A DNA stretch of 64,000 nucleotides from Vicinamibacteria bacterium (GCA_963668695.2 CAXXLQ010000004.1:864001-928000); one strand, 5' to 3'. Positions 29,073 to 40,155 are shown, counted from the stretch's first letter. The notes: generated by a model not told the origin, from the letters alone. Program-made: numbers and translations.

Positions 29073-30302
29073 ATGACCGGGAGAGAAAGACGCAGGCGGC
29101 CGCGGCGCCTTGGGTCCTGGTGGCCGATACCGGCCGTGATCCTGCTGGGGCTTACTCTGATCGGGACGTTCGGGGCCGCGCGCCGAGCCCGGGGATACGC
29201 CTTCCTTAACGAACTTCAAGGATCGCGCGGGTTCCAACACGATCTTTCGCTCGATCCCGCAGTCTGGGAAGGGACCTGGAGTCCGGAGGCCTGGGGACCG
29301 GGCGAGACGCTGTCCTTCACGCTGGTGGATTCGCCGCTCTGGTACCCGGCGTACCGCGACATCCACGACGTGAAGAGCCTGTTCGAGGAGGCGATGGACG
29401 TCTGGAGGTCCGTCGCCACCGCGGATATCCGCTGGGAAATCGGGAGGATTGCGACGGAATCCACCTTCCCGCGGGTTTCCGAACTCAGCCCCGTTGACGA
29501 GGGGCCTAGCTCAGCGCGCCTTGAGCAGGAGCTTGATTTGTGGGCCAGCATCACCATCACCGGCTGCCGCCTCAATCTTCGCGCAATCCCTGAGCCCCAC
29601 TCGCCGGAGTCGCGCGACGGCGCATTGCTGGTGGTGGTTCATGAACTGGGCCACTGTCTCGGCCTCGGCCATGTGGACCCGTATCCGTTCCGCCGGCATC
29701 CCTCCCCCTGGTCCCCCGCGCCCTACCAGCCACCGCCCTATTGGGCGAATCAGCCCATCATGGGGCCGGCGACCCGCGGCTGGGGTGTCACCCTGGATGA
29801 CCGGATCGGGGCCTCGCTGGCGCGCCCGGCGCCGGGTTGGATCGAGAGCACGGGGACCATCTGGGGGAACGTGCTGCTCGAGGACGGCGAACCGGCTCGA
29901 GAGGTGTACGTGCTGGCCAGCCGGCTCGGGCCCGACGGGAGCGTTCAGGGGAGCGTGGGCCGGTTCACCGATTCGTCGGGCGCCTTCCTGATCGGCGGGC
30001 TCGCGCCCGGCGGGTATGTCCTGCGGGCGCAGCCGATTCGGGAAGGTCATGTCCACGCCTCCCGCCTGGCGCGGGGCGCCAACCCGGCGCTCCGGGACAC
30101 GATCCTGGGGGCGCCGCTCTCTGTGGCGGCCGGACGGCGGACCGGGCCGGTCACGCTCACCATGAGGCCGGGCGCCCCCTGGTTCCTGACCACCATCACC
30201 CCCGATGATTCCGTCGCGGATCGAACCCGCCGGGGGCGCCCTCCGTGCCGTGGTTCTGCTCTTATGCGGAGCCGGCGTCTTCGCCGGGCTCTTGGGGTGT
30301 GA
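29073..30302 (+). CDS. Secreted matrixin-like (metzincin) zinc metalloprotease with a carboxypeptidase-regulatory-like domain
   Basis: HELGHCLGLGH, Met-turn (PIMG), and FTDSSGAFLIGGLAPGGY. Confidence 0.75.
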   Translation: MTGRERRRRPRRLGSWWPIPAVILLGLTLIGTFGAARRARGYAFLNELQGSRGFQHDLSLDPAVWEGTWSPEAWGPGETLSFTLVDSPLWYPAYRDIHDVKSLFEEAMDVWRSVATADIRWEIGRIATESTFPRVSELSPVDEGPSSARLEQELDLWASITITGCRLNLRAIPEPHSPESRDGALLVVVHELGHCLGLGHVDPYPFRRHPSPWSPAPYQPPPYWANQPIMGPATRGWGVTLDDRIGASLARPAPGWIESTGTIWGNVLLEDGEPAREVYVLASRLGPDGSVQGSVGRFTDSSGAFLIGGLAPGGYVLRAQPIREGHVHASRLARGANPALRDTILGAPLSVAAGRRTGPVTLTMRPGAPWFLTTITPDDSVADRTRRGRPPCRGSALMRSRRLRRALGV

Positions 30303-31131
30303 CACGCCTTCCGCCCCATCCCTGCCGCCGCCACCGCCGCCGCCGGCCCCCCGGATCCGGCTGGAGGGCGACTACCGGACGAGCGCGCGCTGCGGGCCGG
30401 CCACCGTCACGGTGGAGGGACCGAGAAGACTCGAGTTGCGATATGGCGGTTATCTCCAAGGGCTGTACTCCGTGGTGGACGTGTCCGTCGAGAGCCCGCT
30501 GTCGGAGGCCATGATCCTGGATTTCCGGGAGTGGTACGACGTGACGGACTGGCGGGTGCGCTCGGACGGCGACCGCGTTCGCCACGAATTCCGGGTGTAC
30601 TGGGATCCTGCGGATGGCAACCGACTCTCCAGAGCATCACCGCCGGGGGTGTGGCCGATGACGATCCTGGCCTGCCCGGAGGCCGACGGCGGCCCGGTCC
30701 TCGCGTGTTCCCACAGCTCGTGTGAGGTGTACGAGAGCGAGGACGCCGTCCCGCAAGTCGTTCCCTGGTACACGGGGGTGCTTTTTCGCAGTCCATGGGG
30801 CTACGGGGAGGTCCGCGAGCTGCAGGAAGGGCGCACCCTGGACATTCCCCTTTCCTATGTGGTGTATCGGGACACCGAAAGGGTCAACCTCATTTTGGCC
30901 GTCCGCGGGCGGGGGCGAGGGGCGGATCCCTCACAGGACCTTGAGGTGCCGCGGCAGTTCGAACTCGGCCCGTTCTCCGCGGGAGAGTCGGGCACCTTCG
31001 AGTTCCGCGTGAAGGCGATCGCGGACGGTGAGGAGGAACTGGAGGCTGGTGAGCTTTTTTCAATTTCCTTCGTCGGCGCGGGCGCGACGTTTTCGAACAC
31101 CATTGCGCTCAGGATTCTGGACCCGCCGTAG
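30205..31131 (+). CDS. Hypothetical lipoprotein with a poly-Pro linker and possible Calx-beta/Ig-like C-terminus
   Basis: LLGC lipobox, PPPPPPP, and IADGEEELEAGELFSISF. Confidence 0.65.
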   Translation: MIPSRIEPAGGALRAVVLLLCGAGVFAGLLGCDTPSAPSLPPPPPPPAPRIRLEGDYRTSARCGPATVTVEGPRRLELRYGGYLQGLYSVVDVSVESPLSEAMILDFREWYDVTDWRVRSDGDRVRHEFRVYWDPADGNRLSRASPPGVWPMTILACPEADGGPVLACSHSSCEVYESEDAVPQVVPWYTGVLFRSPWGYGEVRELQEGRTLDIPLSYVVYRDTERVNLILAVRGRGRGADPSQDLEVPRQFELGPFSAGESGTFEFRVKAIADGEEELEAGELFSISFVGAGATFSNTIALRILDPP

Positions 31132-31500
31132 AGGCCGCGCGCCGGCCCTCCGCGCAACGGGCGCGCTTGTTCAGGGATGGATGCCGGGAGGAACCTTCTC
31201 TGCAGGCAGCGTTTTCTCGGCCGCCAGTCGGCGGGCGGGTTGCACAATCCCAGACCGTGGATTGTCGATACCCCAGCGAGGCCTTCATCACCGGGAGCAA
31301 CGGCGAGAGGCGAGACGCCCCAGCCAGCTATTCCGGCTCCTTGGCGGCGCTCGTCGATGCCCGAGCCACCGAAGTCGCGATCTCGGCCCGGAGTTCGAGC
31401 ATGGACCGCACGATCTCCATCAGTCGCTCGTACTGGTCGGCGGAGAGGGTCACCGCGTACTGACGGGGTGACTCGGTTTCGCCCGCTTGGCTGGCAGCAC

Positions 31501-32757
31501 CTACCCCGAGTCGCACCCAAGACCGACGGCGCGAAACCCGGGACGGTCCCGTCCTGCCACCAGGAGACCCGCGAGTTGGCGGCGGCCGAGCCAGTAGGAC
31601 AGATCGCGCGGGTGGCCGATATCCCAGATCGCGATGTCCGCCCGTTTCCCCACCTCCAGCGTCCCCCGGTCGCCCTGAAGCCCCAGCGCCAGCGCGGCAT
31701 GCCGGGTCACCCCGGCCAGACACTCCGCGGGCGTCAATCCGAAAAGGCGGGAGGCGAGCGCCATCGCTTCCGGAAGCGAGCCGAGCGGCGAGGTCCCCGG
31801 GTTGCAATCGGTGGCAACCGCCATCGGTATTCCGCACCGGCGCAAGGCGCTGACGGGAGGCCGCCGGCTTTCGTCCAGCGTCAGGCACGCCCCGGGCAGC
31901 AGCACCGCCACCGTTCCGGCGCGGCCCAGGGCTTCGATTCCGGCGGCGGAGGTGTATTCGAGATGGTCGGCGGAGAGCGCCCGGAACCGGGCCGCGAGTT
32001 CCGCGCCGCCTCCGTCGCTCAGTTGATCGGCATGCAGCTTGACCGGCAGCCCAAGCGCCCGGGCGCGCTCGAACAAACCCGCAATCTGCGCGGCGTTGAA
32101 CGCAATCCCCTCGCAGAAAGCGTCCACGGCATCGGCAAGACCCGCCTCCACCACCCGGGGCATCACTTCGTCGCCGACGAACGCCAGGTAGTCGTCCGGC
32201 CTTCCCGCGAACTCCGGGGGCACCGCGTGCGCCGCCAGGAGCGTGGTCCTCACGGTCAGCCCCGAGGCGCGGCCGAGCCGGCGCGCCACTTCCAGCATCC
32301 GGATCTCGGTATCGCCGTCCAATCCGTACCCGGACTTGATCTCCACCGTGGCGGTTCCCTGCTCGGCCATCGCCTCCAGCCGGCCGAGCGCGCTTCGGTA
32401 GAGCTCTTCCGTGGAGGCCGCCCGGGTGGCGCGCACCGTGGCCATGATCCCGCCGCCGGAAGCCGCCAGTTCCTCGTAGCTGGCCCCTCCGAGCCGCGCC
32501 TCGAACTCGGCGCCCCGATCTCCCCCGAAGACAAGATGGGTGTGGCAATCGATCAGCGCCGGGGTGAGCCAGCGTCCCTCGAGCGAACGGATCTGCCGCC
32601 CCCGCTGAGCGGGCAGGTTCGATCGGGGTCCCACCCACGCGATCGCTCCGTCCCGGATCGCGAGTGCCCCGTCTTCGATCGCGCCGTAGGCGCCTCCGCC
32701 GCCCGCGCGCATCGTGGCGATGCGGGCGTCGGTCAGGAGCAGGTCCCAAGGGTCCAT
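31501..32757 (-). CDS. hutI: Imidazolonepropionase
   Basis: DCHTHLVFGGDR, EIKSGYGL, LHADQL, ATDCNPG. Confidence 0.95.
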   Translation of the reverse strand: MDPWDLLLTDARIATMRAGGGGAYGAIEDGALAIRDGAIAWVGPRSNLPAQRGRQIRSLEGRWLTPALIDCHTHLVFGGDRGAEFEARLGGASYEELAASGGGIMATVRATRAASTEELYRSALGRLEAMAEQGTATVEIKSGYGLDGDTEIRMLEVARRLGRASGLTVRTTLLAAHAVPPEFAGRPDDYLAFVGDEVMPRVVEAGLADAVDAFCEGIAFNAAQIAGLFERARALGLPVKLHADQLSDGGGAELAARFRALSADHLEYTSAAGIEALGRAGTVAVLLPGACLTLDESRRPPVSALRRCGIPMAVATDCNPGTSPLGSLPEAMALASRLFGLTPAECLAGVTRHAALALGLQGDRGTLEVGKRADIAIWDIGHPRDLSYWLGRRQLAGLLVAGRDRPGFRAVGLGCDSG

Positions 32758-32815
32758 GTGGTTTGCGATGGAGAGCGGTTCGACAATACCGTGTGACGGA
32801 CTTCAGTAGAGAACA

Positions 32816-34196
32816 GTGACTCGGATTCTGGCGCGCCGCGCGCTGCTGCGAAGCGGATGGGCGGACGATGTCCTGATCGTCGTTCGCGGCGGGGAAATCG
32901 CGGAGGTCTCCGTGGGCGAACCGCTGACTGCCGTACCGGAACTCGAGGACCTCAAGGATCTGGAGGCGGGGATCGTCATCCCCGGTCTGGCGAATGCCCA
33001 CAGCCATGCCTTTCAGCGCGCGCTGGCGGGTCGAACCGAACATCGCTCGGCCACTGGCCGCGATTCGTTCTGGACCTGGCGCGAGCGCATGTACGAACTC
33101 ACCGGCAGGCTCGATGCCCGGCACGCTCGCGGCCATCGCGCGACAGGCGTACGCACAAATGCTGGCGAGCGGCTACACGTCGGTCGTCGAGTTCCACTAC
33201 CTGTTCCGGGACCAGACGGGCCGCGGCGATGGGGACGTCATGTTCCAGGCGCTCTGCCGGGCGGCCCGCCAAAGCGGCATTCGGCTGATCTATGTCCCAG
33301 TGCTCTACGAACGTGCCGGGTTCGACCGTCCCGAGCCCGAAGCGAGGCAGCGGCGGTTTGCGATGGATGTCGAGGACTTCCTGGCCCATCACGAACGGGC
33401 GGCCGGCGCCGTCTCCGGGCCGGTCACGGTCGGGATCGGCGCCCACAGCCTGCGCGCGGTCGGGGAACCCTCGCTCCGAAAGGTGGCGGCGCGCGCTGCC
33501 GCCTCCGGCGCGCCGATGCACATCCACATCGCCGAGCAGCGGCGGGAGGTCGAGGACTGCCTTGCCGCCCATGGATGCCGCCCGGTGCGTTGGCTGCTGG
33601 ACCGCTTCGAGGTCGACGGGCGCTGGTGCCTGGTCCACGCTACCCACCTCGACAAGGGGGAAACCCGGGATCTCGCCGCGTCCGGTGCGGTCGTCTGCCT
33701 CTGCCCCAGCACGGAGGGCAATCTCGGTGACGGCCTTTTCCCGCTCGAGGATTTTCTTCGCGCCGGGGGCCGGATCGCGATCGGCTCCGACAGCCAGGCC
33801 ACGATCAACCCCTTCGAGGAACTCCGTTGGCTCGAGTACGGACAACGTCTCCGCTCACAATCCCGCAACGTCGCTTCCATCGCGGAACTTCACGTGGGCC
33901 AGGAACTCTTCGGCCGGGCGCTGGCGGGGGGCGCCCAGGCCAGCGGACAGCGCGAATTCGGCTTGGCGCCCGGCGCGCCCGCCGACCTCGTGGTGCTCGA
34001 TCCCGACGACCCGATGCTCGCCGGGCACGACCCCGACACCCTGCTCGATGCGTTGGTGTTCTCGGGCTACCCGTTACCGATCGAGCGGGTCATGGTCCAC
34101 GGCGAGTGGAGAGTCGTGGGCGGCGAACACGTGGATCGCGCCGACACCGCAAGACACTTCGCCGCCGCGATGGCTGGTCTCGGAGCCGGCCACTGA
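32816..34196 (+). CDS. hutF: Formimidoylglutamate deiminase (apparent frameshift near 33118)
   Basis: [13 protein letters not shown] and [10 protein letters not shown] in one frame; EFHYL, HIHIAEQ and [11 protein letters not shown] in the next. Confidence 0.9.
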
Positions 34197-34249
34197 TCGA
34201 GACCCCAAATGCAGCGCCGCATGCCATCATCACGGCACGAGGAATCGTC

Positions 34250-35953
34250 ATGAAACCCGTTCAGCCCGCAGCCGTCCGTCGTCCAGCCGTCAGGGCTCCC
34301 ACCGGCCCGAACCTCTCGGCGAAGAGCTGGCTCACCGAGGCGCCGCTCCGCATGCTGATGAACAACCTCGACCCGGAAGTTGCGGAACGGCCGGAGGATC
34401 TGGTCGTCTACGGAGGAATCGGCAAGGCGGCGCGCAACCACGCCGCCTACGAAGCGATCGTCAAGACGCTCCGTGAACTGGAAGCGGACGAAACCCTCGT
34501 CGTCCAGTCCGGCAAGCCGGTCGGCGTCTTCCGGACCCACCCCGATGCCCCGCGCGTGCTGATCGCCAACTCCAACCTCGTCCCCGCCTGGGCCACCTGG
34601 AAGCACTTCCGGGAACTCGACCGGAAGGGTCTGATGATGTTCGGCCAGATGACCGCCGGGTCGTGGATCTACATCGGCAGCCAGGGAATCGTCCAGGGAA
34701 CCTACGAAACATTCGTGGAACTGGGCCGCCAGCACTACGGCGGCGACCTGGCCGGCCGCTGGATCCTGACCGCCGGACTTGGGGGCATGGGCGGGGCCCA
34801 GCCGCTCGCGGCGAAGATGGCGGGCGCCTCTTTGCTGGCGATCGAGTGCCAGGCCGACCGGATCGAAAAACGAATCGCATCGGGATACCTCGACACCCGG
34901 GCCGACACGGTGGACGAGGCGCTGTCACTGATCGAGGGATCGGTCCGGGCCCGCACCCCGCGCTCCGTGGGTCTCCTCGGGAACGCCGCGGAAATCCTTC
35001 CCGAACTCCTCGCCCGCGGCGTCCGCCCCGACGCCCTGACCGACCAGACTTCGGCGCACGATCCGGCCAACGGCTATTTGCCGGCGGGGTGGAGCGTCGA
35101 GGAGTGGCATGCACGCCGGGCGAGCGACCCCGACGCCGTCGCGGCCGCCGCCGTCCGCTCCATCGCCGACCATGTCCGCGCGATGTTGGGTTTCCACGAT
35201 GCCGGGGTGCCCACCTTCGACTACGGCAACAACATCCGCCAGGAGGCGCTCGGTGGCGGCGTTGACCGCGCATTCGACTTTCCCGGTTTCGTGCCCGCCT
35301 ATATCCGGCCCCTCTTTTGCCGGGGGATCGGACCGTTTCGCTGGGCGGCGCTTTCGGGAAATCCCGAAGACATCTACCGCACCGACGCCCGGGTCAAGGA
35401 ACTCATCCCCGACGATCCGCATCTCCACCACTGGCTGGATTCGGCTCGGGAGAACATCCAGTTTCAGGGACTGCCGGCGCGCATCTGCTGGGTGGGGCTG
35501 GGCCAACGCCACCGACTCGGCCTCGCGTTCAACGAGATGGTCCGCACGGGAGAACTGGAAGCCCCCGTCGTCATCGGCCGCGATCACTTCGACAGTGGAT
35601 CGGTCGCGAGCCCCAACCGCGAAACCGAGGCGATGCGCGACGGCTCCGATGCGGTCTCGGACTGGGCGTTCCTGAACGCCTTGCTGAATACCGCGAGCGG
35701 CGCCACCTGGGTTTCGATCCATCACGGCGGCGGCGTCGGGATGGGGTACGCGCAGCACGCCGGGTTCGTCATCGTCTGCGACGGGAGCGAAGAAGCCGAT
35801 CGCCGCATCGAGCGGGTGCTCTGGAACGACCCGGCCTCCGGAGTGATGCGGCATGCCGACGCGGGCTACGAGGACGCCATCGCCTGCGCCCGCGAACATC
35901 GGCTCAACCTTCCCATGGTCCCGGGCATCAAGGAATCGGGTGGAAAGGAATGA
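34250..35953 (+). CDS. hutU: Urocanate hydratase
   Basis: [43 protein letters not shown]. Confidence 0.97.
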   Translation: MKPVQPAAVRRPAVRAPTGPNLSAKSWLTEAPLRMLMNNLDPEVAERPEDLVVYGGIGKAARNHAAYEAIVKTLRELEADETLVVQSGKPVGVFRTHPDAPRVLIANSNLVPAWATWKHFRELDRKGLMMFGQMTAGSWIYIGSQGIVQGTYETFVELGRQHYGGDLAGRWILTAGLGGMGGAQPLAAKMAGASLLAIECQADRIEKRIASGYLDTRADTVDEALSLIEGSVRARTPRSVGLLGNAAEILPELLARGVRPDALTDQTSAHDPANGYLPAGWSVEEWHARRASDPDAVAAAAVRSIADHVRAMLGFHDAGVPTFDYGNNIRQEALGGGVDRAFDFPGFVPAYIRPLFCRGIGPFRWAALSGNPEDIYRTDARVKELIPDDPHLHHWLDSARENIQFQGLPARICWVGLGQRHRLGLAFNEMVRTGELEAPVVIGRDHFDSGSVASPNRETEAMRDGSDAVSDWAFLNALLNTASGATWVSIHHGGGVGMGYAQHAGFVIVCDGSEEADRRIERVLWNDPASGVMRHADAGYEDAIACAREHRLNLPMVPGIKESGGKE

Positions 35954-37487
35954 GGATAGAGGTCGGCGAGGCGCCGGTCCCGCTCGAAGTCCTGCGCAAA
36001 GCCTGGCTGGACGAGGTGACCGTCGTCCTCGGCGGCGGGGCGCGTCGGCGGATCGCCGCCGCCGCGCACACGATCGAAGACGCGATCAAGGGAGGCCGGC
36101 CCATCTATGGGGTCAACACCGGCTGCGGGCATCTCGCCCATGTCCGAATCGGCGACGACGAACTCGCGCAGCTCCAGGAGAACATCGTTCGCTCGCACGC
36201 GGCGGGGGTGGGCGAGGATCTCGGCGACGGCGTCGTGCGCCTCGTGATCCTGACGAAGCTGATGGCGCTCGCCCGCGGCCACTCGGGTGTCCGCATCGAG
36301 ATCGTCGAGGTTCTCGGCGCGCTCCTCGAGCACGGCGTCTATCCCCGGATTCCCGCAAAAGGCTCCGCCGGGCGCGTCCGGAGATCTGGCGCCGCTCGCG
36401 CATCTGGCCGGGGTCCTGATCGGGGAAGGGGAGGCGCGGATCGGCAAGGAATTCCTGCCCGGCGGGGAGTTCCTGCCCGGCGGGGAAGCTCTCCGAAGGG
36501 TCGGGCTGGAGCCGGTGCGGCTCGCGCCGAAGGAGGGGCTTGCGCTCCTGAACGGGACCCAGGTCTCGACCGCCCTGGCGCTCGCCGCCGCCTTTCGGAC
36601 CGAGAACGTGCTGGCGGCGGCGCTGGTGGCCGGTGCGATGTCCACCGATGCGGTCAAGGGCAGCGATGTCCCCTTCGACAGCCGCATCCACGCAGTCCGG
36701 GGCCACCCAGGGACAGATTGCCGTGGCTGGCGTCCTGCGGGAACTGATGCGCGGCAGCGAAATCCGCGCCTCGCACCTCACCTGTGACCGGGTTCAGGAC
36801 CCCTACTCCGTCCGCTGCCAGCCCCAGGTGATGGGCGCCTGTCTCGACCTGCTCCGCCAAACCGCGGCGCTCCTCGAAACCGAGGCGAACGCGGTGACCG
36901 ACAACCCCCTGGTCTTTCCCGATTCGGGTGAGGTGCTCTCCGGAGGCAACTTCCACGCCGAACCCGTCGCCTTCGCTGCCGACATGCTGGCTTTGGCCAT
37001 CGCCGAAATCGGATCGCTCTCCGAGCGGCGCACGGCGCTGCTCGTGGACCCGCACCTCAGCAGCCTCCCCGCCTTCCTGGTCCACGACAGCGGACTGAAC
37101 AGCGGTTTCATGATGGCCGGAATCACCGCGGCGGCGCTGACCTCCGAGAACAAGGGCCTCGCCCATCCGGCCAGCGTGGACAGTATTCCCACCTCCGCCA
37201 ACCAGGAAGACCACGTCAGCATGGCGACCCACGGGGCGCGGCGGCTCCACGACATGCTCGACAACCTCGAGCACATCGTTGCCGTCGAGCTTCTCGCGGC
37301 AGCCCAGGGAGTGGAGTTCCACCGCCCGGCGAGAAGTTCCGAAACCCTCGAAGAGGCGCTCGGCGCCGTGCGGAGGATCTCCCCGCCCTACACCCGGGAC
37401 CGGGCCCTCTCCGCGGACATCAAGGGCGTCGCCGCGCTTATTGGGAGCGGCGGTTTTCGGAACTACGCCGCTACGGCCCTCTTCTGA
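35950..37487 (+). CDS. hutH: Histidine ammonia-lyase (apparent frameshifts near 36370 and 36711)
   Basis: YGVNTG, the ASG (MIO) motif [31 protein letters not shown] and NQEDHVSM spread across three frames. Confidence 0.92.
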
Positions 37488-37515
37488 CGAACCGGCGGGG
37501 CTTGCCCGCTACGGC

Positions 37516-38517
37516 TCAGTTCCGTCTTGGATTCTTGAAGTCGAAGACCCACTGGAAGGCGACGAAGACTTCGTGGTCCGAGATGGTCCCGAACCGCACG
37601 CGGTAGTCCGCCGCCAGGTGCGTCAGGATCCAGGGAAGCTCGTAGCGGGTTCCCACCTTGAAGTAGCTCATGTTGCCGGGATCGTCCACGGAGCCATGAT
37701 TCGATTCCCCCCCGATCTCCACTCCGCCCCACAGACCCGGTGGAAGCCGCTTCCGAAACCGGGCAAAGCCGCCAACGTGTGAGCGTCCGTTCTGCTCGCG
37801 CTGGTACACCGAGCTGCGGAACGTCTGGTCACCGAGGGTGCCATCGAGATGGACCGCCGTCTGCCGCTTCGGAGTCAGGTCGTCGGCCGGCCCGTCGCGC
37901 CCTTCATAGTGGCCCACGTCCAACTTCCAGGTTCCTCCGCCGGCCGCGAAGCTGCGGCCGACGCTGGCCAGCACGTCCTTGAAGCCGTTTTCGTCCGCCT
38001 TCCAGCCCGACCCGTTCACGACGTGCACCCGTCCGCTGTAGCCCCCCCGGTCCACGAAAAGGAAGACTCCCGTTTCCCGCGTCCAGGTGAGCGCCGCTCC
38101 GTGCGCCGCGCCAATCATCTGGAAGCCGAAGGGGGCGTCGGTGAACTCGGCCAGCCACAACGGGGCGCTGCGGCCGGCCCGCAGCCGGATGCCCCCGCCA
38201 AGGTCGTACTGCACCCAGAGATCGTGGATACGAGTGTCACCCACGTCGTAGGTAGCCCGTATCTGAACGCGGTCCCCGATCCTGGTGTCGGACCAGGCCG
38301 ACAGGCGCTGGATCGTGACGTCGCCGAGGTCCGAGAGTTCGTCGATGAACCGTCCGCGGAGCCGGAAGTGAAAGTCCACGGCCGGCTGGTCGTCGGCGTC
38401 GTCCTGGGCCGTCTCGGCCACTTCCGACCGTTCCTCGGCGGGCTCCCGGCCAGGATCCGCCAGCGCCGGTACCGTTAGGAACCCGAGAATCAGCCCGAGG
38501 AAGAGCGCCCTCGTCAT
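37516..38517 (-). CDS. Outer-membrane beta-barrel porin (OprO/P-like)
   Basis: Signal peptide, alternating aromatic beta-strands, ADENGFKD, aromatic C-terminal strand. Confidence 0.6.
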   Translation of the reverse strand: MTRALFLGLILGFLTVPALADPGREPAEERSEVAETAQDDADDQPAVDFHFRLRGRFIDELSDLGDVTIQRLSAWSDTRIGDRVQIRATYDVGDTRIHDLWVQYDLGGGIRLRAGRSAPLWLAEFTDAPFGFQMIGAAHGAALTWTRETGVFLFVDRGGYSGRVHVVNGSGWKADENGFKDVLASVGRSFAAGGGTWKLDVGHYEGRDGPADDLTPKRQTAVHLDGTLGDQTFRSSVYQREQNGRSHVGGFARFRKRLPPGLWGGVEIGGESNHGSVDDPGNMSYFKVGTRYELPWILTHLAADYRVRFGTISDHEVFVAFQWVFDFKNPRRN

Positions 38518-38551
38518 CCCGACCAACCTCCCGGTCGAAAGATGGGGCGCC

Positions 38552-38626
38552 TGGCTCCACGGGTAGGACTTGAACCTACAACCAACGGATTAACAGTCCG
38601 CTGCTCTGCCATTGAGCTACCGTGGA
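38552..38626 (-). tRNA. tRNA-Asn(GTT)
   Basis: TCCACGGTAGCTCAATGGCAGAGCAGCGGACTGTTAATCCGTTGGTTGTAGGTTCAAGTCCTACCCGTGGAGCCA forms a cloverleaf with CCA encoded. Confidence 0.97.
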
Positions 38627-38663
38627 TTCAGGAAGGCGCTCACGGAAAGGCGAGTGAGTTTAG

Positions 38664-38765
38664 CAGCCGGCAGACAACGTGACGCGGCGTTCGGCCGGCG
38701 ATGCATCCCGGCTGAACCGCGCCGCTTCGCGGCGCTCATCGCTGCGCTTCGCTCGAAATACACCG
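38664..38765. mobile_element. MITE copy D (partial)
   Basis: TTAG|CAGCCGG... with internal sequence similar to copy B; no second end found. Confidence 0.65.
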
Positions 38766-39240
38766 AGCCAGTTGCTGTGAAAAACCAGTCGCGCCGGGAC
38801 GCCAACAGCTCGGATGGCGCGCTGCCAGGGAACGCCGGTTCACACCGGCACCGCGCGGGAGCGCGAAACCAGGGCCGATGACGTTGCGCCATGCCAAGGT
38901 GAGGGCCGCGTCTTTTTCATGACGGGCGAGGGTGTGCAGGAGGACCCGATCATGAGGGTTTCTCCCGGTGCGGACGCCTCTCCGGCTTCGGCACTCGCGT
39001 CACGCGGCCCACCGGCCGCTGGCAGCCCTGAAATCGCGCGGAGTCAGGCTACCGGTGGCTGGCGGGGGGCCGGCGCACGTCCTGAATCGCGGGAGCCGGT
39101 CGTTTTGGACGACGCCCCCGCAGGGCGAGGTTCCCCCGCGCAAGCAGTCAGATTGGGGAATCCCGACTGCCGGCGACAGGTTCTGTCCTACCAAGCCCCT
39201 AGTCTCGAGCGCATCATGCAATCAGGCACAAGGAGGCACC

Positions 39241-40155
39241 ATGAGCAACGAAAATGGGTTCTTTTCCCCGAATCTCGAGACGGCAGCGATCGGCCGCCCG
39301 ATCACCCGCGCCGGGATCTCATTCTTCCCGGTCTACCTCACCGGCAACGACGTTCCTGAAATTGCCACGGGGCCGGCAGCGGAGAGAGTCATCGACGAAT
39401 TGAATGATGCCTCCGTTCCTGATCTCACCGTGACCAATCCGGGGAAGACCCCGCTGCTCCTGATCGAGGGCGAGCAGTTCATCGGTGGGAAGCAGAACCG
39501 CACCGTCAACATCAGTGTGCTGGTTGCCGCGGGGGCGACCCTGGAGATTCCGGTGTCCTGCCTGGAAGCGGGGCGCTGGGGCCGGCAACGCGATTTCCAG
39601 TCGGCCGCGACCAGTACGCCCCGCCGGGTACGGCGGACGATCCACGACGCGGTGGCCGCACAGGCGGGAACCGCGTCCGCGCGCCGAGGCGCCCAGGGCG
39701 AAGTCTGGGGCAGGATCGACGAGTCCCTTCGCGAGATGCGGATGTCTTCGCCAACTGCGGCCATTGCGGACGCCGACAAGGTTTTCACTCGCGACCGGGA
39801 CCGGGGGGCGGCGGCGGAAGAGCTGGCGCGGCTCGGGCCACTTCCCGGACAGTACGGATTCGTCGTGACCCACGGTCCGCGGATCGTCGGGACCGAGATT
39901 TTCGGCGACCCCGAATTGCTGAAGCCCCACTGGCCGGCGCTGACCCGGTCCTATCTGCTCGAAGAGCCGATCGCGAGCGGACGGCCTTCGGCAGACCGGG
40001 TGTTGCGCGCGCTCCGGGGCATCAGCCGGGCGGCGTACAAAGGTTCATCGGGCCTCGGCCTCGGCCAGGAGCGGCACTTCACGAACGAGAAAGGGGCCGG
40101 CCAGGCGCTCACCCTCGGCTGCGCGGTCGTCCACGCCTCGGCCCTCAGCCGGTAG
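39241..40155 (+). CDS. ARPP-1/DUF6569 family protein
   Basis: ASVPDLTVTN...LIEGEQFIGGKQNRTVN...IPVSCLEAGRW and AQGEVW; AGGAGG RBS. Confidence 0.8.
   Translation: MSNENGFFSPNLETAAIGRPITRAGISFFPVYLTGNDVPEIATGPAAERVIDELNDASVPDLTVTNPGKTPLLLIEGEQFIGGKQNRTVNISVLVAAGATLEIPVSCLEAGRWGRQRDFQSAATSTPRRVRRTIHDAVAAQAGTASARRGAQGEVWGRIDESLREMRMSSPTAAIADADKVFTRDRDRGAAAEELARLGPLPGQYGFVVTHGPRIVGTEIFGDPELLKPHWPALTRSYLLEEPIASGRPSADRVLRALRGISRAAYKGSSGLGLGQERHFTNEKGAGQALTLGCAVVHASALSR

Noticed and set aside
31328-31480. Short helical minus-strand ORF tail (VTLSADQYERLMEIVRSMLEL...)
   Set aside because: It may be a gene remnant inside the hutI cassette, but there is no clear start or recognisable family.
32816-37487. 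Frameshifts in hutF and hutH (also at about 6460 and 50080) as programmed frameshifting or pathway decay
   Set aside because: They are single-base shifts in short G/C runs with no slippery heptamer and otherwise intact proteins. Long-read or assembly error is the simplest explanation; read-level checking is needed.
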